A stretch of DNA of 48,021 nt. It comes from Bacteroidales bacterium (lineage in GTDB: Bacteria > Bacteroidota > Bacteroidia > Bacteroidales > UBA12170). The stretch covers positions 1 through 48,021 of the forward strand of contig DMBV01000051.1 in NCBI GenBank assembly GCA_003445975.1, written 5' to 3'. Numbering within the stretch: position 1 is the stretch's first letter; each line of letters opens with the position of its first letter. Positions 1 to 8,966 of the stretch are shown here, in pieces. The translations under genes and the position numbers were made by a program. Under the pieces are notes generated by a model, which worked only from the letters and a program-made list of their open reading frames with translations, was not told the origin of the DNA and did no database searches.

Positions 1-113
1 GTCATGCATTGCACAAAACAGGCCAATTTAGGAAAAATATAATAACCTTCAGAATCCGCAGCGTATTGACCTATCACGCTATTTTCTACTTTTAATTTAT
101 CAAATAAATCCAT
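1..113 (-). CDS. 5' fragment of a PLP-dependent class II aminotransferase (8-amino-7-oxononanoate synthase / serine palmitoyltransferase-like); runs off the window start
   Basis: Manual translation from the ATG at 113 gives MDLFDKLKVENSVIGQYAADSEGYYIFPKL, resembling the Bacteroidota N-terminus M.DLF...GQYA..AEGY.IFPKLEG. Only 37 codons are visible and the last 7 diverge. Confidence 0.45.
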   Translation of the reverse strand, partial: MDLFDKLKVENSVIGQYAADSEGYYIFPKLACFVQCM

Positions 114-296
114 TGTATGTTTAGTTTTTTTGTGTGTAATGATAATAATAAATGCAAAGCTATCTTAAATATTCCTATCAGCCAAAAAATGCATTCATAA
201 TTTAAACTAAACAAAATTCAATGCGCTAAAATTCAGATGATTGTTGAGTTTGAGTCCTTTTGTTTCGACTCGTTTTAGAATAGAAAGGAATGTTTC

Positions 297-1820
297 TTAA
301 TACAAATTGCGATGACAATCGGAACACAAACCTTCTTTCCACGATGCATATTCATCGTTGGGATGGACAAACTCTAAGGCTTTGAAAATGGAGCCACCTT
401 GAAGACTGTCGGAAATTCCTTGAGCCACAATGGTATGGCAAAGGTTGCAATCCATCGAAACAGTTTCTCCTTTACTTGTCGAATGTTTGTTGTTATGACA
501 ACGAAAACAGCCATCAAACTCCAAATGTCCAATGTTATTTGGATAAACACTCCAGCGAACGCCCATTTCAGGGAAAATATTTTTGCTGAATTCTTCTTGA
601 ATACTCCTTATTGCCTGAACGATTAATTCGGGTTTTTTATCATATAATTCTTTATAAGAATTTGCGTAGTATTCTTTTATCTCAGATTCAATAAAACTGA
701 ACGCGCTATCTTCGGTGGAAAAGTTAGTCGAAAGAATACCCATCGCTAAAGATTTAATGTTTGGCAATTCGGGCGAAATCCGCCCTGCTGCAAGGGCGTT
801 ATTTATGAATCGTACGGGCGTTTTATAGTCGTGCGAAGGCCTGTTGTGGCAATCAATGCAGTCCATCTTGCGAATCCCGAATGTGGTTTTTTCATTTTCA
901 TTCAAGGGAATTGATTTGTCTTCGAAAACTTTTGTTTCGCCGGTTTCCAAATTGGTGTATTTGATCCAAGGAATCACCGACCTGCTGCTGTCGGTTGAAA
1001 TGTATTCCACTTTATTATTGGGATTCACATGCCAATGGATTCCTTCCTCCAAGCCCAAAGCACTGTAGGCCGAACCCGTCTTCATTTGAAGGCCAATAGT
1101 CCATTCCGTGTTCTTTTCGTCGGCCAAATAATGTTTATTCATAACCAATTGGCGCGAATAAAACTTGGTGGGCCAATGACATTCTTCACAGGTTTCTTGG
1201 GCAGGACGCAGATTTTTTATTGGAGTCGGAATTGGTCTTGGAAAATTCCCAACAGTTACGGCATAGACTTGATACAAACCGGAAAGCTTCGAACGAGCAT
1301 ACCAGCCGGCTCCATTTCCAACATGACATTCTACACAAGCTACTTTTGCGTGCGAAGAATGATGATAGGCCACGTATTCCGGCTTCATCACTTCATGGCA
1401 TAAGAGACCGCAAAATTCCACCGATTCGGTGTAGTGAAAAGCTTTGTAACCGCCTACTGTAGTGAGTAATAAAAAAAATAGCGTGCCAATGGAAAAAATT
1501 GTAAACGCATTTCTCGTTTGAGGCTCGTTCAAATTTAGAATCGGCCATTTCTTCTGCGCAGTTGTCGGCTGTTTCTTATCTCTTCTCCGTTTAAAAACCA
1601 TTCCAATTGGAATAAGTAAAAGGCCCATCACCATAAAACCTGGTACAACCAGCCACATCAATAAACCTTGATAAGCGCCGCCTTCAACAAAAATGAAAGA
1701 GATTAGAAATAAAAAAGCAAATGCAATCGCACCCAAAACAAGGATTATAGTTCCAATATAGGAAGTGTAATTGTAGAAAGACGAAGGTAATTTTGTGATA
1801 TTTGTGCCTGATTTCTTCAT
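297..1820 (-). CDS. imcH: ImcH-like inner-membrane heptaheme cytochrome c (NapC/NirT N-terminal domain), putative quinol oxidase
   Basis: 507 aa with three N-terminal hydrophobic helices. NapC/NirT signature FCGLLCHEVM..EY..Y..SSH..VACVECH. Seven heme motifs (CGLLCH, CVECH, CEECH, CIDCH, CFRCH, CNLCH, CSDCH). Size, TM count and heme count match Geobacter ImcH as recalled. Confidence 0.8.
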   Translation of the reverse strand: MKKSGTNITKLPSSFYNYTSYIGTIILVLGAIAFAFLFLISFIFVEGGAYQGLLMWLVVPGFMVMGLLLIPIGMVFKRRRDKKQPTTAQKKWPILNLNEPQTRNAFTIFSIGTLFFLLLTTVGGYKAFHYTESVEFCGLLCHEVMKPEYVAYHHSSHAKVACVECHVGNGAGWYARSKLSGLYQVYAVTVGNFPRPIPTPIKNLRPAQETCEECHWPTKFYSRQLVMNKHYLADEKNTEWTIGLQMKTGSAYSALGLEEGIHWHVNPNNKVEYISTDSSRSVIPWIKYTNLETGETKVFEDKSIPLNENEKTTFGIRKMDCIDCHNRPSHDYKTPVRFINNALAAGRISPELPNIKSLAMGILSTNFSTEDSAFSFIESEIKEYYANSYKELYDKKPELIVQAIRSIQEEFSKNIFPEMGVRWSVYPNNIGHLEFDGCFRCHNNKHSTSKGETVSMDCNLCHTIVAQGISDSLQGGSIFKALEFVHPNDEYASWKEGLCSDCHRNLY

Positions 1821-1850
1821 TCTAAACGGTTCTTTAATTGTTAAAAAGCA

Positions 1851-4637
1851 TCAATATACGCCAGCAATAAGAGAGTAAATAATTAATAGTACAATCGTTA
1901 TTCCCATAAACAAAAACAGGAAGCCGAAAAATTTGACCGTATTTATCCACGAAGTTGAAAGTTCTTTTTCAACAACAACTTTTTCTAGATTTCCGGAATT
2001 AAGCAACTCTTCGTATTCTCTGGGTCTGTCGTTTTTGTATGCTTCCAAAGGTACATAACCTGTAAAAATGACCGTGTCGATTGGGAAAGATTCCGGGCGA
2101 AGATGTGTATTGAAAAAGTGAATTGTGAAAATAAATCCCACTGCTAATAAAGCTTCGTCGCTATGTATAATCTGCGCTACATTGATAACCCATCCTGGCA
2201 TAAACAGCGTAAAAAATTCAGGAAACCAAAGAATTAGTCCCGACAATCCAATTACTGCCACGCCCCAAAAAACGGCCATATAATCAAATTTCTCCCAATA
2301 AGTCCATCGGCCATAATTTGGTCGTGGCCCTTTGCCCAAGAACCATTTGATAGAAGCTACTAAATCTTTCATGTCCTGAAGATTGAACATCAACGAGTTT
2401 TTCCCGAAAATGAATTCCTTCAATTTGTAACCGTTTTTTTTCTTGAGTTGTGCTAGGTTATACAAATGAAATAGAAAATAGCCCAGAGTAAGAATGGCGC
2501 CAAATCGATGAAGACGACCTGCAGAATGAACGCCTCCCAAAAATTTTGCTACGCTCGACGCCCAATCCATGTGAGCAAACTTCAGCGTCATACCCGTTAA
2601 GGCAAGTAAAATAAAACTTACGATTACAAAAATGTGAGTGGTTTGTTGTTTTGCATTGAATCTTCGAACATATTTTTGGGGTCCGGCAACCTGCTCGTGT
2701 ATTAGTTTTTTTCGTTGTTTGAGCGAGCGCGGCAACCACAATAAGGTGTGTAAACCAAAAAAGCCAAAAACAAAAATCAGCAAAGAGGTCATTCCCCAGA
2801 ACGAATAAAACAGTACATTGTTGTCGTTGTGCGTGGCGTGTGTTAAATAGCCGGTAAATGCAAGATTCGCATTTTCATGGCATTGTTTACATGTTTGAAC
2901 GATGTTTTTATAGCCAACAGCCGAATTTGGATTATCGACCGACAAAATATGATGAGCGCCATGACAATCTGAACAACGGGCAGCATCCGGATCTCCTAAT
3001 AAATAGGCTTTTCCGTGATAGGTTTCTTTGTATGTTTCGGATAATTTTTGGTGACAATTTCCACACTGAAAAGTCACTTCATGCATAAAAGCATCTCCTT
3101 TGCTATCGCTAATCAAATGAGCCGAATGACAGGAGGAGCAGCTTGGGTATTCCTTTTCGCCTGTGCTTTGAGCTATTGAATGTTCGCTGGTAATGTATTC
3201 GTCGTAAATACTTCTGTGGCATTTCGCGCAGGTCAATGCTATATTTTTCTTATTTACCGACGACAATGAATCAGACTCTTTTAATTCCTGATGAGAAGTA
3301 TGGCAATCGATGCAAACAGCACTTACCAGCAAGCCTTTTTCCATCAATCCTTTTCCATGAGTGCTATTGGAATAATCAACCAACGCATTTTTTTCCTTCA
3401 AGTCGGTACTCAAATTTGCTTTTCCATCGGTCGCATGGCAGCTTCCGCAAAGTTTTGGAATAGCACTTCGGTAAGTGGGCGAATTTATGTCGAATTTAGA
3501 TTTTGTTTGATGTGTTCCATGGCAATCGGTACAATAGGTCGAGTTTGGTTTCTTGTCTAAAAATGATTTCCCATGACCGCTTGCAAAATAGTCGTTTGCG
3601 ACTTTGTTGTGGCAACCGGAACAATCAACTCGTTTAACAGTTTCGCAGGGTCGTTTAAGGTTTTTCGAAACCGTTGTATGACATTCGACGCATTGAATTT
3701 TGTTGTGGACAGAAGCGGGCAAATGATTCTCGTCAAATAGGATGGTGTCTCCGTTTTGTTTAAAAATAAATTCACCTTTAGATGCATTTATATTGTGGCA
3801 GTCTAAACAAATTTTGTTTGGTATTTTTGCTTTTTCTTTCTCGGGCTCTACTTTATGAGGTGGATGGCAGGTAGTACAAGAAGGAACCGCGCCTTCTTTT
3901 TTCTCCCACAGTTCGCTTTTTATCACTTTCTTATGTGTTTGTTCAATGCGAATGTGACATTTCATGCAGGTTGATGCTACTTTTTGGGTAGAAACGCTGG
4001 AATTTTTGTCTTTCGAAGGAAGAATAGCATGATTTCCATGACAATCGTTGCAGGTTGCAGTAACAAATAAACCTTTCTCGTACAATCCTTTTCCATGAAT
4101 TCCTTGGCTGTAATTTTCGAGAATATTGTGTTCGGAAATGACATATAGACGGGCCACAGGGGCTCCTTCTTTATGGCAATTGCCACAAAGAATGGGGATA
4201 TTCATTTTATACGTGCGCGATTCGGGCAGCTTCGACGAAAGAATATCGTGTGTTCCATGGCATTCTTTGCAGTTGGGAGCATAAGGTTCGTTTCGAATTA
4301 ATGCTTGTCCATGAATCCCGGACTTAAATTCTATTCCGGCTGCTATATGGCATTTCGAACAATCTACAAGGTTTAAAGTTTCCGAATGCGGAAACTCTTC
4401 TACTTTGGCATCGGTATGACAGGAGGCACACTCCACGTTTTTATGTACCGATTTGTCTATAATAGATTGCTTGACAAAGAGCGAAACCTTTTTGCCTTTT
4501 CTTTCTTTTGTTAAACTGGAATCTTCGTGGCACATCATGCAATCTGCGTTGGTTTGCGCCAGAACAAAATGAACACCAATTACGAAATAGAAAAGAATGA
4601 AAAGGAGACGCCTTCGGGAAAATGATTTTTTCAGCAT
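1851..4637 (-). CDS. cbcL: CbcL-like fusion of a 19-heme periplasmic cytochrome c and a C-terminal diheme cytochrome b membrane domain
   Basis: 928 aa with a signal peptide and 19 CxxCH motifs. The C-terminal FdnI/HyaC-like domain has four TM His ligands (QTTHIF, RLHRF, IIHSDE, TIHFF) and the [11 protein letters not shown] motif. Confidence 0.82.
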   Translation of the reverse strand: MLKKSFSRRRLLFILFYFVIGVHFVLAQTNADCMMCHEDSSLTKERKGKKVSLFVKQSIIDKSVHKNVECASCHTDAKVEEFPHSETLNLVDCSKCHIAAGIEFKSGIHGQALIRNEPYAPNCKECHGTHDILSSKLPESRTYKMNIPILCGNCHKEGAPVARLYVISEHNILENYSQGIHGKGLYEKGLFVTATCNDCHGNHAILPSKDKNSSVSTQKVASTCMKCHIRIEQTHKKVIKSELWEKKEGAVPSCTTCHPPHKVEPEKEKAKIPNKICLDCHNINASKGEFIFKQNGDTILFDENHLPASVHNKIQCVECHTTVSKNLKRPCETVKRVDCSGCHNKVANDYFASGHGKSFLDKKPNSTYCTDCHGTHQTKSKFDINSPTYRSAIPKLCGSCHATDGKANLSTDLKEKNALVDYSNSTHGKGLMEKGLLVSAVCIDCHTSHQELKESDSLSSVNKKNIALTCAKCHRSIYDEYITSEHSIAQSTGEKEYPSCSSCHSAHLISDSKGDAFMHEVTFQCGNCHQKLSETYKETYHGKAYLLGDPDAARCSDCHGAHHILSVDNPNSAVGYKNIVQTCKQCHENANLAFTGYLTHATHNDNNVLFYSFWGMTSLLIFVFGFFGLHTLLWLPRSLKQRKKLIHEQVAGPQKYVRRFNAKQQTTHIFVIVSFILLALTGMTLKFAHMDWASSVAKFLGGVHSAGRLHRFGAILTLGYFLFHLYNLAQLKKKNGYKLKEFIFGKNSLMFNLQDMKDLVASIKWFLGKGPRPNYGRWTYWEKFDYMAVFWGVAVIGLSGLILWFPEFFTLFMPGWVINVAQIIHSDEALLAVGFIFTIHFFNTHLRPESFPIDTVIFTGYVPLEAYKNDRPREYEELLNSGNLEKVVVEKELSTSWINTVKFFGFLFLFMGITIVLLIIYSLIAGVY

Positions 4638-4851
4638 TGCTTTTTGAATTATATTTTCATCTGTTTATAATTTGTTTTTTAACTGTCAGATGGAACTCGC
4701 CATAGATAATCATGCTTCTGTGCGAGAGTGTCTCTCATGGCTCGTTTCATTTAATGATTCAATGGGCTTTCGTTTTCTGATTTATGAGAAGGCTTTGTCG
4801 ATAAAAAACAATCCTTTTTTTATTTTATTCTCTGTCGAAGAGTTTTCCTTT

Positions 4852-4859
4852 CAAATATA
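4852..4859 (-). promoter_or_regulatory. Possible Bacteroidota -7 promoter element for cbcL-imcH
   Basis: TATATTTG on the minus strand (TAnnTTTG), about 215 nt upstream of the cbcL start and just after the 4873-4910 hairpin. Confidence 0.35.
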
Positions 4860-4872
4860 TGCAAAAAACCGA

Positions 4873-4910
4873 ACAAAAGAACAAAGGAAGCAGCTCCTTT
4901 GTTCTTTTGT
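4873..4910 (-). terminator. Intrinsic terminator after the DUF5777 gene
   Basis: Perfect 16-bp inverted repeat ACAAAAGAACAAAGGA / TCCTTTGTTCTTTTGT with a 6-nt loop, followed by a T-run on the minus strand. Confidence 0.7.
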
Positions 4911-5011
4911 GAGTTATTTGTTTGCCTATTCAGATGTGCAAAAATTTGATTGCAACAGCGTTCTGAAATATACGATTCGAACGATTGATTCCCAATCAAA
5001 GCATTGAGAAT

Positions 5012-5878
5012 TTAGAAACCCCACAAGCGAGTCATTACAAAACCGACCGAAAAACCGCCCAATTGCCAATCACTTTGGTTATAAAGAACGATATCTTGAG
5101 GAACTATTCCGTTTGCTGTTGCCAGAAAAATCTGAAAATCGTGTGTTCCGGTGCAAACTTCGTAACCAAAAGAAAGATTTGCTTTTGGTGGATTGATAAA
5201 TTCGCGCTGCTCGGAGAGTACATCAATTTGCAACGGCAAATCATAGGTGAAAATGAAAGACGACTGAGGCGAAAACTTTAACTTTCCGCCAAAATGCCAA
5301 GCTATTTTATCGTGATCCATATCGGCCGCAACAGAATTGTAATGTGTAAAACTGATGGCTGTTTGAATGCTTAGTGCTTCGCTTATTTTTCTTCCAATAA
5401 TAAGTTGCGAAAAATAGGAATACCGATGTATAAACGCATAGTTCAAGCCGTAATCTTTGTCTGGATTGCCACTAATGGCCATGTTTCCATATAAGGTAAT
5501 GGATACAGGAACGGTGTTTTTGCGAGTTTGTTCAAAAACGGTCCATTTTAAGTTGAAATCACTGTACATATTTTCTTTCGTAAGCCCATAGCCAATTTGA
5601 ACATTTTTAAAGAGAACGTAATTGAACCCCAAGCGGAGATTGGCTCCCGGAGAGTAGATTCCATATAAATCGGCCATGCTGCTTTGGATGCTTCCAAAAC
5701 GATGTTGAATAATCGATTCAAAAGAGTGTACCGAAGGAATGACAGAAGTCTGCTGGTCAATCAAAATACCACTTCCCCACGGAGAGTATACCGGTTTGTC
5801 CTTTTCTTCCTCGTCCTGGCAAAAGGCAATGGAAGTAAAAGAAAGAAGGAGTAGGATGCTAAATAGTATTTTCTTCAT
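5012..5878 (-). CDS. DUF5777-family outer-membrane beta-barrel protein
   Basis: Start re-called at ATG 5878 (MKKILF..., 288 aa). Signal peptide AFC|Q, the IQHRFG...LYG motif typical of DUF5777, alternating beta-strand pattern and C-terminal Phe. Confidence 0.75.
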   Translation of the reverse strand: MKKILFSILLLLSFTSIAFCQDEEEKDKPVYSPWGSGILIDQQTSVIPSVHSFESIIQHRFGSIQSSMADLYGIYSPGANLRLGFNYVLFKNVQIGYGLTKENMYSDFNLKWTVFEQTRKNTVPVSITLYGNMAISGNPDKDYGLNYAFIHRYSYFSQLIIGRKISEALSIQTAISFTHYNSVAADMDHDKIAWHFGGKLKFSPQSSFIFTYDLPLQIDVLSEQREFINPPKANLSFGYEVCTGTHDFQIFLATANGIVPQDIVLYNQSDWQLGGFSVGFVMTRLWGF

Positions 5879-5889
5879 AGCTTTTGTGT

Positions 5890-6267
5890 TTAATTGTTTT
5901 TCGCACCTTGATTTATCCATGTGTATATCAATTCTGCTTCATTTGTAGTATAAAACTCCCACCGATGTGTTGTTGCATTGGGTGAAGGATAAGTATAAAT
6001 CAAAGAATTTGCAGGGTTATTTATTACAACAAAACTTCCGTTTGTTAAGCTTTGGTAAGCATTTGCAGTAGTTAAATCCGGTGCAGTTTTTCCAGTATAA
6101 TGACAAACTGTGCATTTACTGTCGGTGTTGAAAATAGGAGCAATATCATTTAGAAACGATAACTCCACGTTTGGATCAGGAGGAGGTATAACTTTTACCT
6201 CTATAAATTCATATTGACAAGCTGTGAAAGATGCCAACACACAAAAAAGAATTATTAACTTCTTCAT
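5890..6267 (-). CDS. Monoheme cytochrome c lipoprotein (planctomycete cytochrome c-like domain)
   Basis: Lipobox FTAC, SF..DIAPIF, a single CTVCH, and C-terminal LIYTWINQGAKNN. Confidence 0.78.
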   Translation of the reverse strand: MKKLIILFCVLASFTACQYEFIEVKVIPPPDPNVELSFLNDIAPIFNTDSKCTVCHYTGKTAPDLTTANAYQSLTNGSFVVINNPANSLIYTYPSPNATTHRWEFYTTNEAELIYTWINQGAKNN

Positions 6268-6411
6268 CTGCTTATATTTTTTTAATTGAATTTGAATTAC
6301 GACAAGTCAATCGTTCGTTTTTCATTTGCTGAGAACCGAGTTTTCGTTTCATCCTTTTTTTCGGTTTTACTGATTAAATTACAAATAGAACGACCCTGAA
6401 ATTTTTGATTT

Positions 6412-6453
6412 AAAAGGAACAATCATTTGTGTGCAAAAATGATTGTTCCTTTT
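6412..6453 (-). terminator. Terminator or stabilising hairpin after the hexaheme lipoprotein gene
   Basis: Perfect 17-bp inverted repeat AAAAGGAACAATCATTT / AAATGATTGTTCCTTTT, 20 nt past the stop codon. Confidence 0.7.
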
Positions 6454-6473
6454 CAGGTTATGACTAAACCAAG

Positions 6474-7511
6474 CTATTTCGTGGCCTTCAAAGCCGCAAT
6501 TGTATTTGTTAATAAGGCATTTACATACTGAGGATTGTGAACACCTAAACTACGATCTTCTTCAATTCCAATCCAGTTGTAATAGGCTTGAGCTCTAACC
6601 ATAGGATAGGTTCCGGGTACTGGTTCGTAAGCTTGATCTACTTCATACCAAGCAACTACACCAAGGCTGATGAGTAAATCTCGTAATTCAGTCAACTTTT
6701 CTTCGGTATCAAACTGAACACCCCCATAATCAAAATTCTCGGTTGCATGACATTCTTGACAAGCTGCCAGACTAGGTTTAAATGTGTGGCCGCCCTGTTT
6801 ATCAATATAATCATCCATATGACAAACTGTACAAGAAGCTTGCTCAAGATGTTTGGAAGATCCAGCTACCGGATAAGTTACTGGTCCAGTAATTTCAGCA
6901 AACCCCTGACCGGCAAAAATATTGGCTTGTGGGCCATGGTGTGGTCCATAATGTGTGTTTGTAATTCTGAAGGTTGTTGCGCCTGCGACTGATGCCGTTT
7001 GTGGTTCTGCTGTTCTGGCTTGATGGCAGTTTATGCAAAGATTGCTGCCGTCGCCAATATCTAAAACAGTCACCCCTTGGTCAATGATCAATCCAACGGG
7101 TTCTTCCGAACGTAGTGCAAAATCGGTGTAGGTAAATGCTGTATGAATGATATGGCAGGTCTCACAATTTATAGCCGAAGGCATTGAAATGTCGGAGGCT
7201 ACCAAGCCATTTGCCTGAAATTCGATAAAGCCCTCACTTGAATGGCATTGAGCACAACCAGCACGACCACCTGCATAGGCTACGTTGGTTCCCGCTTTAT
7301 GAATAGATGAAGCATACTGAAATTGCCTAGCTGAAATGGTAGTTCCCGAATGGCAAGCCAAACAAGTAACATTGCCGTCTTGTCCGTCTTGTCCGTCTTG
7401 TCCGTCTAGCCCATCTTCACCCGTTAATCCGATGGGGCCTTCTTTAACACAAGATGCTAAAAAAACAATGGCAGTCATTAGTAAAATGTGAAAAATAAAT
7501 TTGGTTTTCAT
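6474..7511 (-). CDS. Hexaheme cytochrome c lipoprotein with an N-terminal collagen-like (Gly-X-Y)8 linker
   Basis: Lipobox LASC, then GPIGLTGEDGLDGQDGQDGQDGNV and six CxxCH. The C-terminal AYYNW..IEEDRSLGVHNPQYVNALL resembles the c552/OmcB-type helical tail. Confidence 0.8.
   Translation of the reverse strand: MKTKFIFHILLMTAIVFLASCVKEGPIGLTGEDGLDGQDGQDGQDGNVTCLACHSGTTISARQFQYASSIHKAGTNVAYAGGRAGCAQCHSSEGFIEFQANGLVASDISMPSAINCETCHIIHTAFTYTDFALRSEEPVGLIIDQGVTVLDIGDGSNLCINCHQARTAEPQTASVAGATTFRITNTHYGPHHGPQANIFAGQGFAEITGPVTYPVAGSSKHLEQASCTVCHMDDYIDKQGGHTFKPSLAACQECHATENFDYGGVQFDTEEKLTELRDLLISLGVVAWYEVDQAYEPVPGTYPMVRAQAYYNWIGIEEDRSLGVHNPQYVNALLTNTIAALKATK
7375..7407 (-). repeat. In-frame 9-bp tandem repeat encoding the collagen-like G-Q-D triplets
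   Basis: (CCGTCTTGT)x3 plus CCGTCT on the plus strand. Confidence 0.9.
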
Positions 7512-7550
7512 GATCCTTTTATTTTTAGTGTATAATTTGATTATTTATGA

Positions 7551-7637
7551 CAAAAATATTTCTATGTTATTGATATAACAATGATATATTAACGAAATCA
7601 AGTTGATGTTTATCATTGAAATATTGACATATATCAT
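7551..7637 (-). promoter_or_regulatory. Promoter of the hexaheme lipoprotein gene: -7 element, TGTTAT-N4-ATAACA palindrome and tandem FNR-like boxes
   Basis: TATTTTTG (minus strand, 7551-7558); TGTTAT-TGAT-ATAACA (7565-7580); weak ATGAT-ATAT-TAACG (7581-7594); TTGAT-GTTT-ATCAT (7603-7616); TTGAC-ATAT-ATCAT (7624-7637). Confidence 0.7.
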
Positions 7638-7723
7638 CGCGATAAATCGATTATTTATACTACACTGTGCATTGAGATAGCGGCCTTGGGCCAAAGCGGA
7701 TGGATTGGTAGGAAGAATGTATA

Positions 7724-7762
7724 AAAACAAAAAAGCCCCTTTGCTGATAAGACAAAGAGGCT
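7724..7762 (-). terminator. Intrinsic terminator after the cbcA-cbcB-c554 unit
   Basis: Stem AGCCCCTTTG / CAAAGAGGCT (one G-U pair on the minus-strand RNA) followed by a T-tract on the minus strand, 20 nt past the stop at 7783. Confidence 0.65.
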
Positions 7763-7782
7763 CTAATTGAAAGAAAAATAAG

Positions 7783-8271
7783 CTAAGCGGCAGGTTTTGG
7801 GTGCGCAACTTTTGCAAGGGCTTCTTTGTAATTAAAGCCTTTGTAATGCTTGCTTTCAGGATTGTGGCACGTGACGCATACTTTTTCGGTAGGCAATATC
7901 AAACCTTTTGCCATGGAAGCTTCTCTGCTTTTCATGATGGCATTTGGGAAATATGCACTTCCTGGACCATGGCAAGATTCGCAAGAAACGCCTTCGGTCA
8001 CTTTCAAGCCTGTTACCAAATCAATCTTTACACTGCCGTGCGTAGAGTGACACTTATTGCATTTTGGATCCAAGGCTTCTGTTGCACTTAAAGATTCCAT
8101 TGCTTTTGAGTGACGCGATTCCACCCATTGTGCATACTGTCCACCGGTTTCGACTTTGTTGTGGCACATTTTGCATTTGTTAGCGCCAACGTACGTAAAT
8201 TCTTGGGCTTTCAGGCTGCTGTTTCCTATAAAAGCAACCATAAAAATTAAAATTAAAATTCTCATTTTCAT
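7783..8271 (-). CDS. Periplasmic tetraheme cytochrome c (cytochrome c554 family)
   Basis: Signal peptide LKA|Q, YVGANKCKMCH...W..S.H, CNKCH, GVSCESCHGPGS, CVTCH. Confidence 0.85.
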   Translation of the reverse strand: MKMRILILIFMVAFIGNSSLKAQEFTYVGANKCKMCHNKVETGGQYAQWVESRHSKAMESLSATEALDPKCNKCHSTHGSVKIDLVTGLKVTEGVSCESCHGPGSAYFPNAIMKSREASMAKGLILPTEKVCVTCHNPESKHYKGFNYKEALAKVAHPKPAA

Positions 8272-8351
8272 CTTTTTATTTATTTAAGTGTTTATTAATT
8301 ATTTGAATTTAAGTTTAGAATACTTCTTGAAAAGAATAAAAGTTTATTTTT

Positions 8352-8966
8352 TTAATGTTTCTCATGAAAACCGGTAAACATGCTTTTAAAATTACTCGTT
8401 GGAGTACAACCAATTGTGCAAAAATAAATGTGCACAATCAAGAAGACAGATATAAAAAAGCCCATTATTACGTGGATAATATCAGTAATATGAAGTGCCT
8501 TACTGCCGAAAATTTCAAAAATCATCAGTTCCGGAAAAAAGAGCATAAGCCCGCTTAAAGCTACCAAAGGAATGGTTAAATGCATGATGACAATATAGCT
8601 GAACTTCTGCAAAGGATTAAATTTGGATTCTTCAGTAATAGGAAAGGGCGGTTTTTCGCCTTTAAAGATTCCAAAGGAATAGTATTTAGCTTGCTTTATT
8701 AGGTTATTTACGATTCCTTTTCTGAAAATATAATGCTTCCCGTTGGGTGTTAGCACATTACCAATAAAAAATCCAAGATAACTCACCGCCAATAAGATTC
8801 CGGCAATATCGTGTAAATAAACAGCCCAATCGAAGCGAATCATTGGATAGGCCGGATCGGAATATTGCATGCTTATTCCGGTGAATATCAAAAGCAAGCA
8901 TAGGATGGCATTAGACCAATGCCAAAATCGAACCCAAACAGGATATAAATATATTTTTTCACTCAT
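8352..8966 (-). CDS. cbcB: CbcB-like diheme cytochrome b (four TM helices)
   Basis: Start re-called at ATG 8966 (MSEKIY..., 204 aa), overlapping the upstream stop by 8 nt (ATGAGTGA). Heme b His ligands in RFWHW, YLHD, IIHV and IVHIY; KFNPLQK motif. Confidence 0.75.
   Translation of the reverse strand: MSEKIYLYPVWVRFWHWSNAILCLLLIFTGISMQYSDPAYPMIRFDWAVYLHDIAGILLAVSYLGFFIGNVLTPNGKHYIFRKGIVNNLIKQAKYYSFGIFKGEKPPFPITEESKFNPLQKFSYIVIMHLTIPLVALSGLMLFFPELMIFEIFGSKALHITDIIHVIMGFFISVFLIVHIYFCTIGCTPTSNFKSMFTGFHEKH

Noticed and set aside
297-1820. NapC/NirT or NrfH subunit of a nitrate/nitrite reductase
   Set aside because: It has seven hemes, three TM helices and 507 aa rather than a ~200-aa tetraheme, and there is no napA or nrfA (no CxxCK protein) in the window.
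4672-5281. Plus-strand ORFs 4672-5007 and 4985-5281
   Set aside because: They have non-ATG starts and no recognisable motifs, and they overlap a terminator/promoter region and the DUF5777 gene on the opposite strand.
7375-7407. CRISPR array or phase-variation tract
   Set aside because: It is a 9-bp in-frame coding repeat without spacers, and length changes would not shift the frame.
6474-7511. NrfA or octaheme nitrite/tetrathionate reductase
   Set aside because: No CxxCK or other catalytic heme motif, only six hemes, and too short.
7545-7817. 90-aa ORF upstream of the hexaheme lipoprotein gene
   Set aside because: It runs through a terminator and the promoter boxes; likely an AT-rich chance ORF.
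8352-8966. Hydrogenase, formate dehydrogenase or thiosulfate reductase cytochrome b subunit
   Set aside because: No catalytic or Fe-S subunits are nearby, and it is translationally coupled to a heptaheme cytochrome, which is the CbcBA arrangement.
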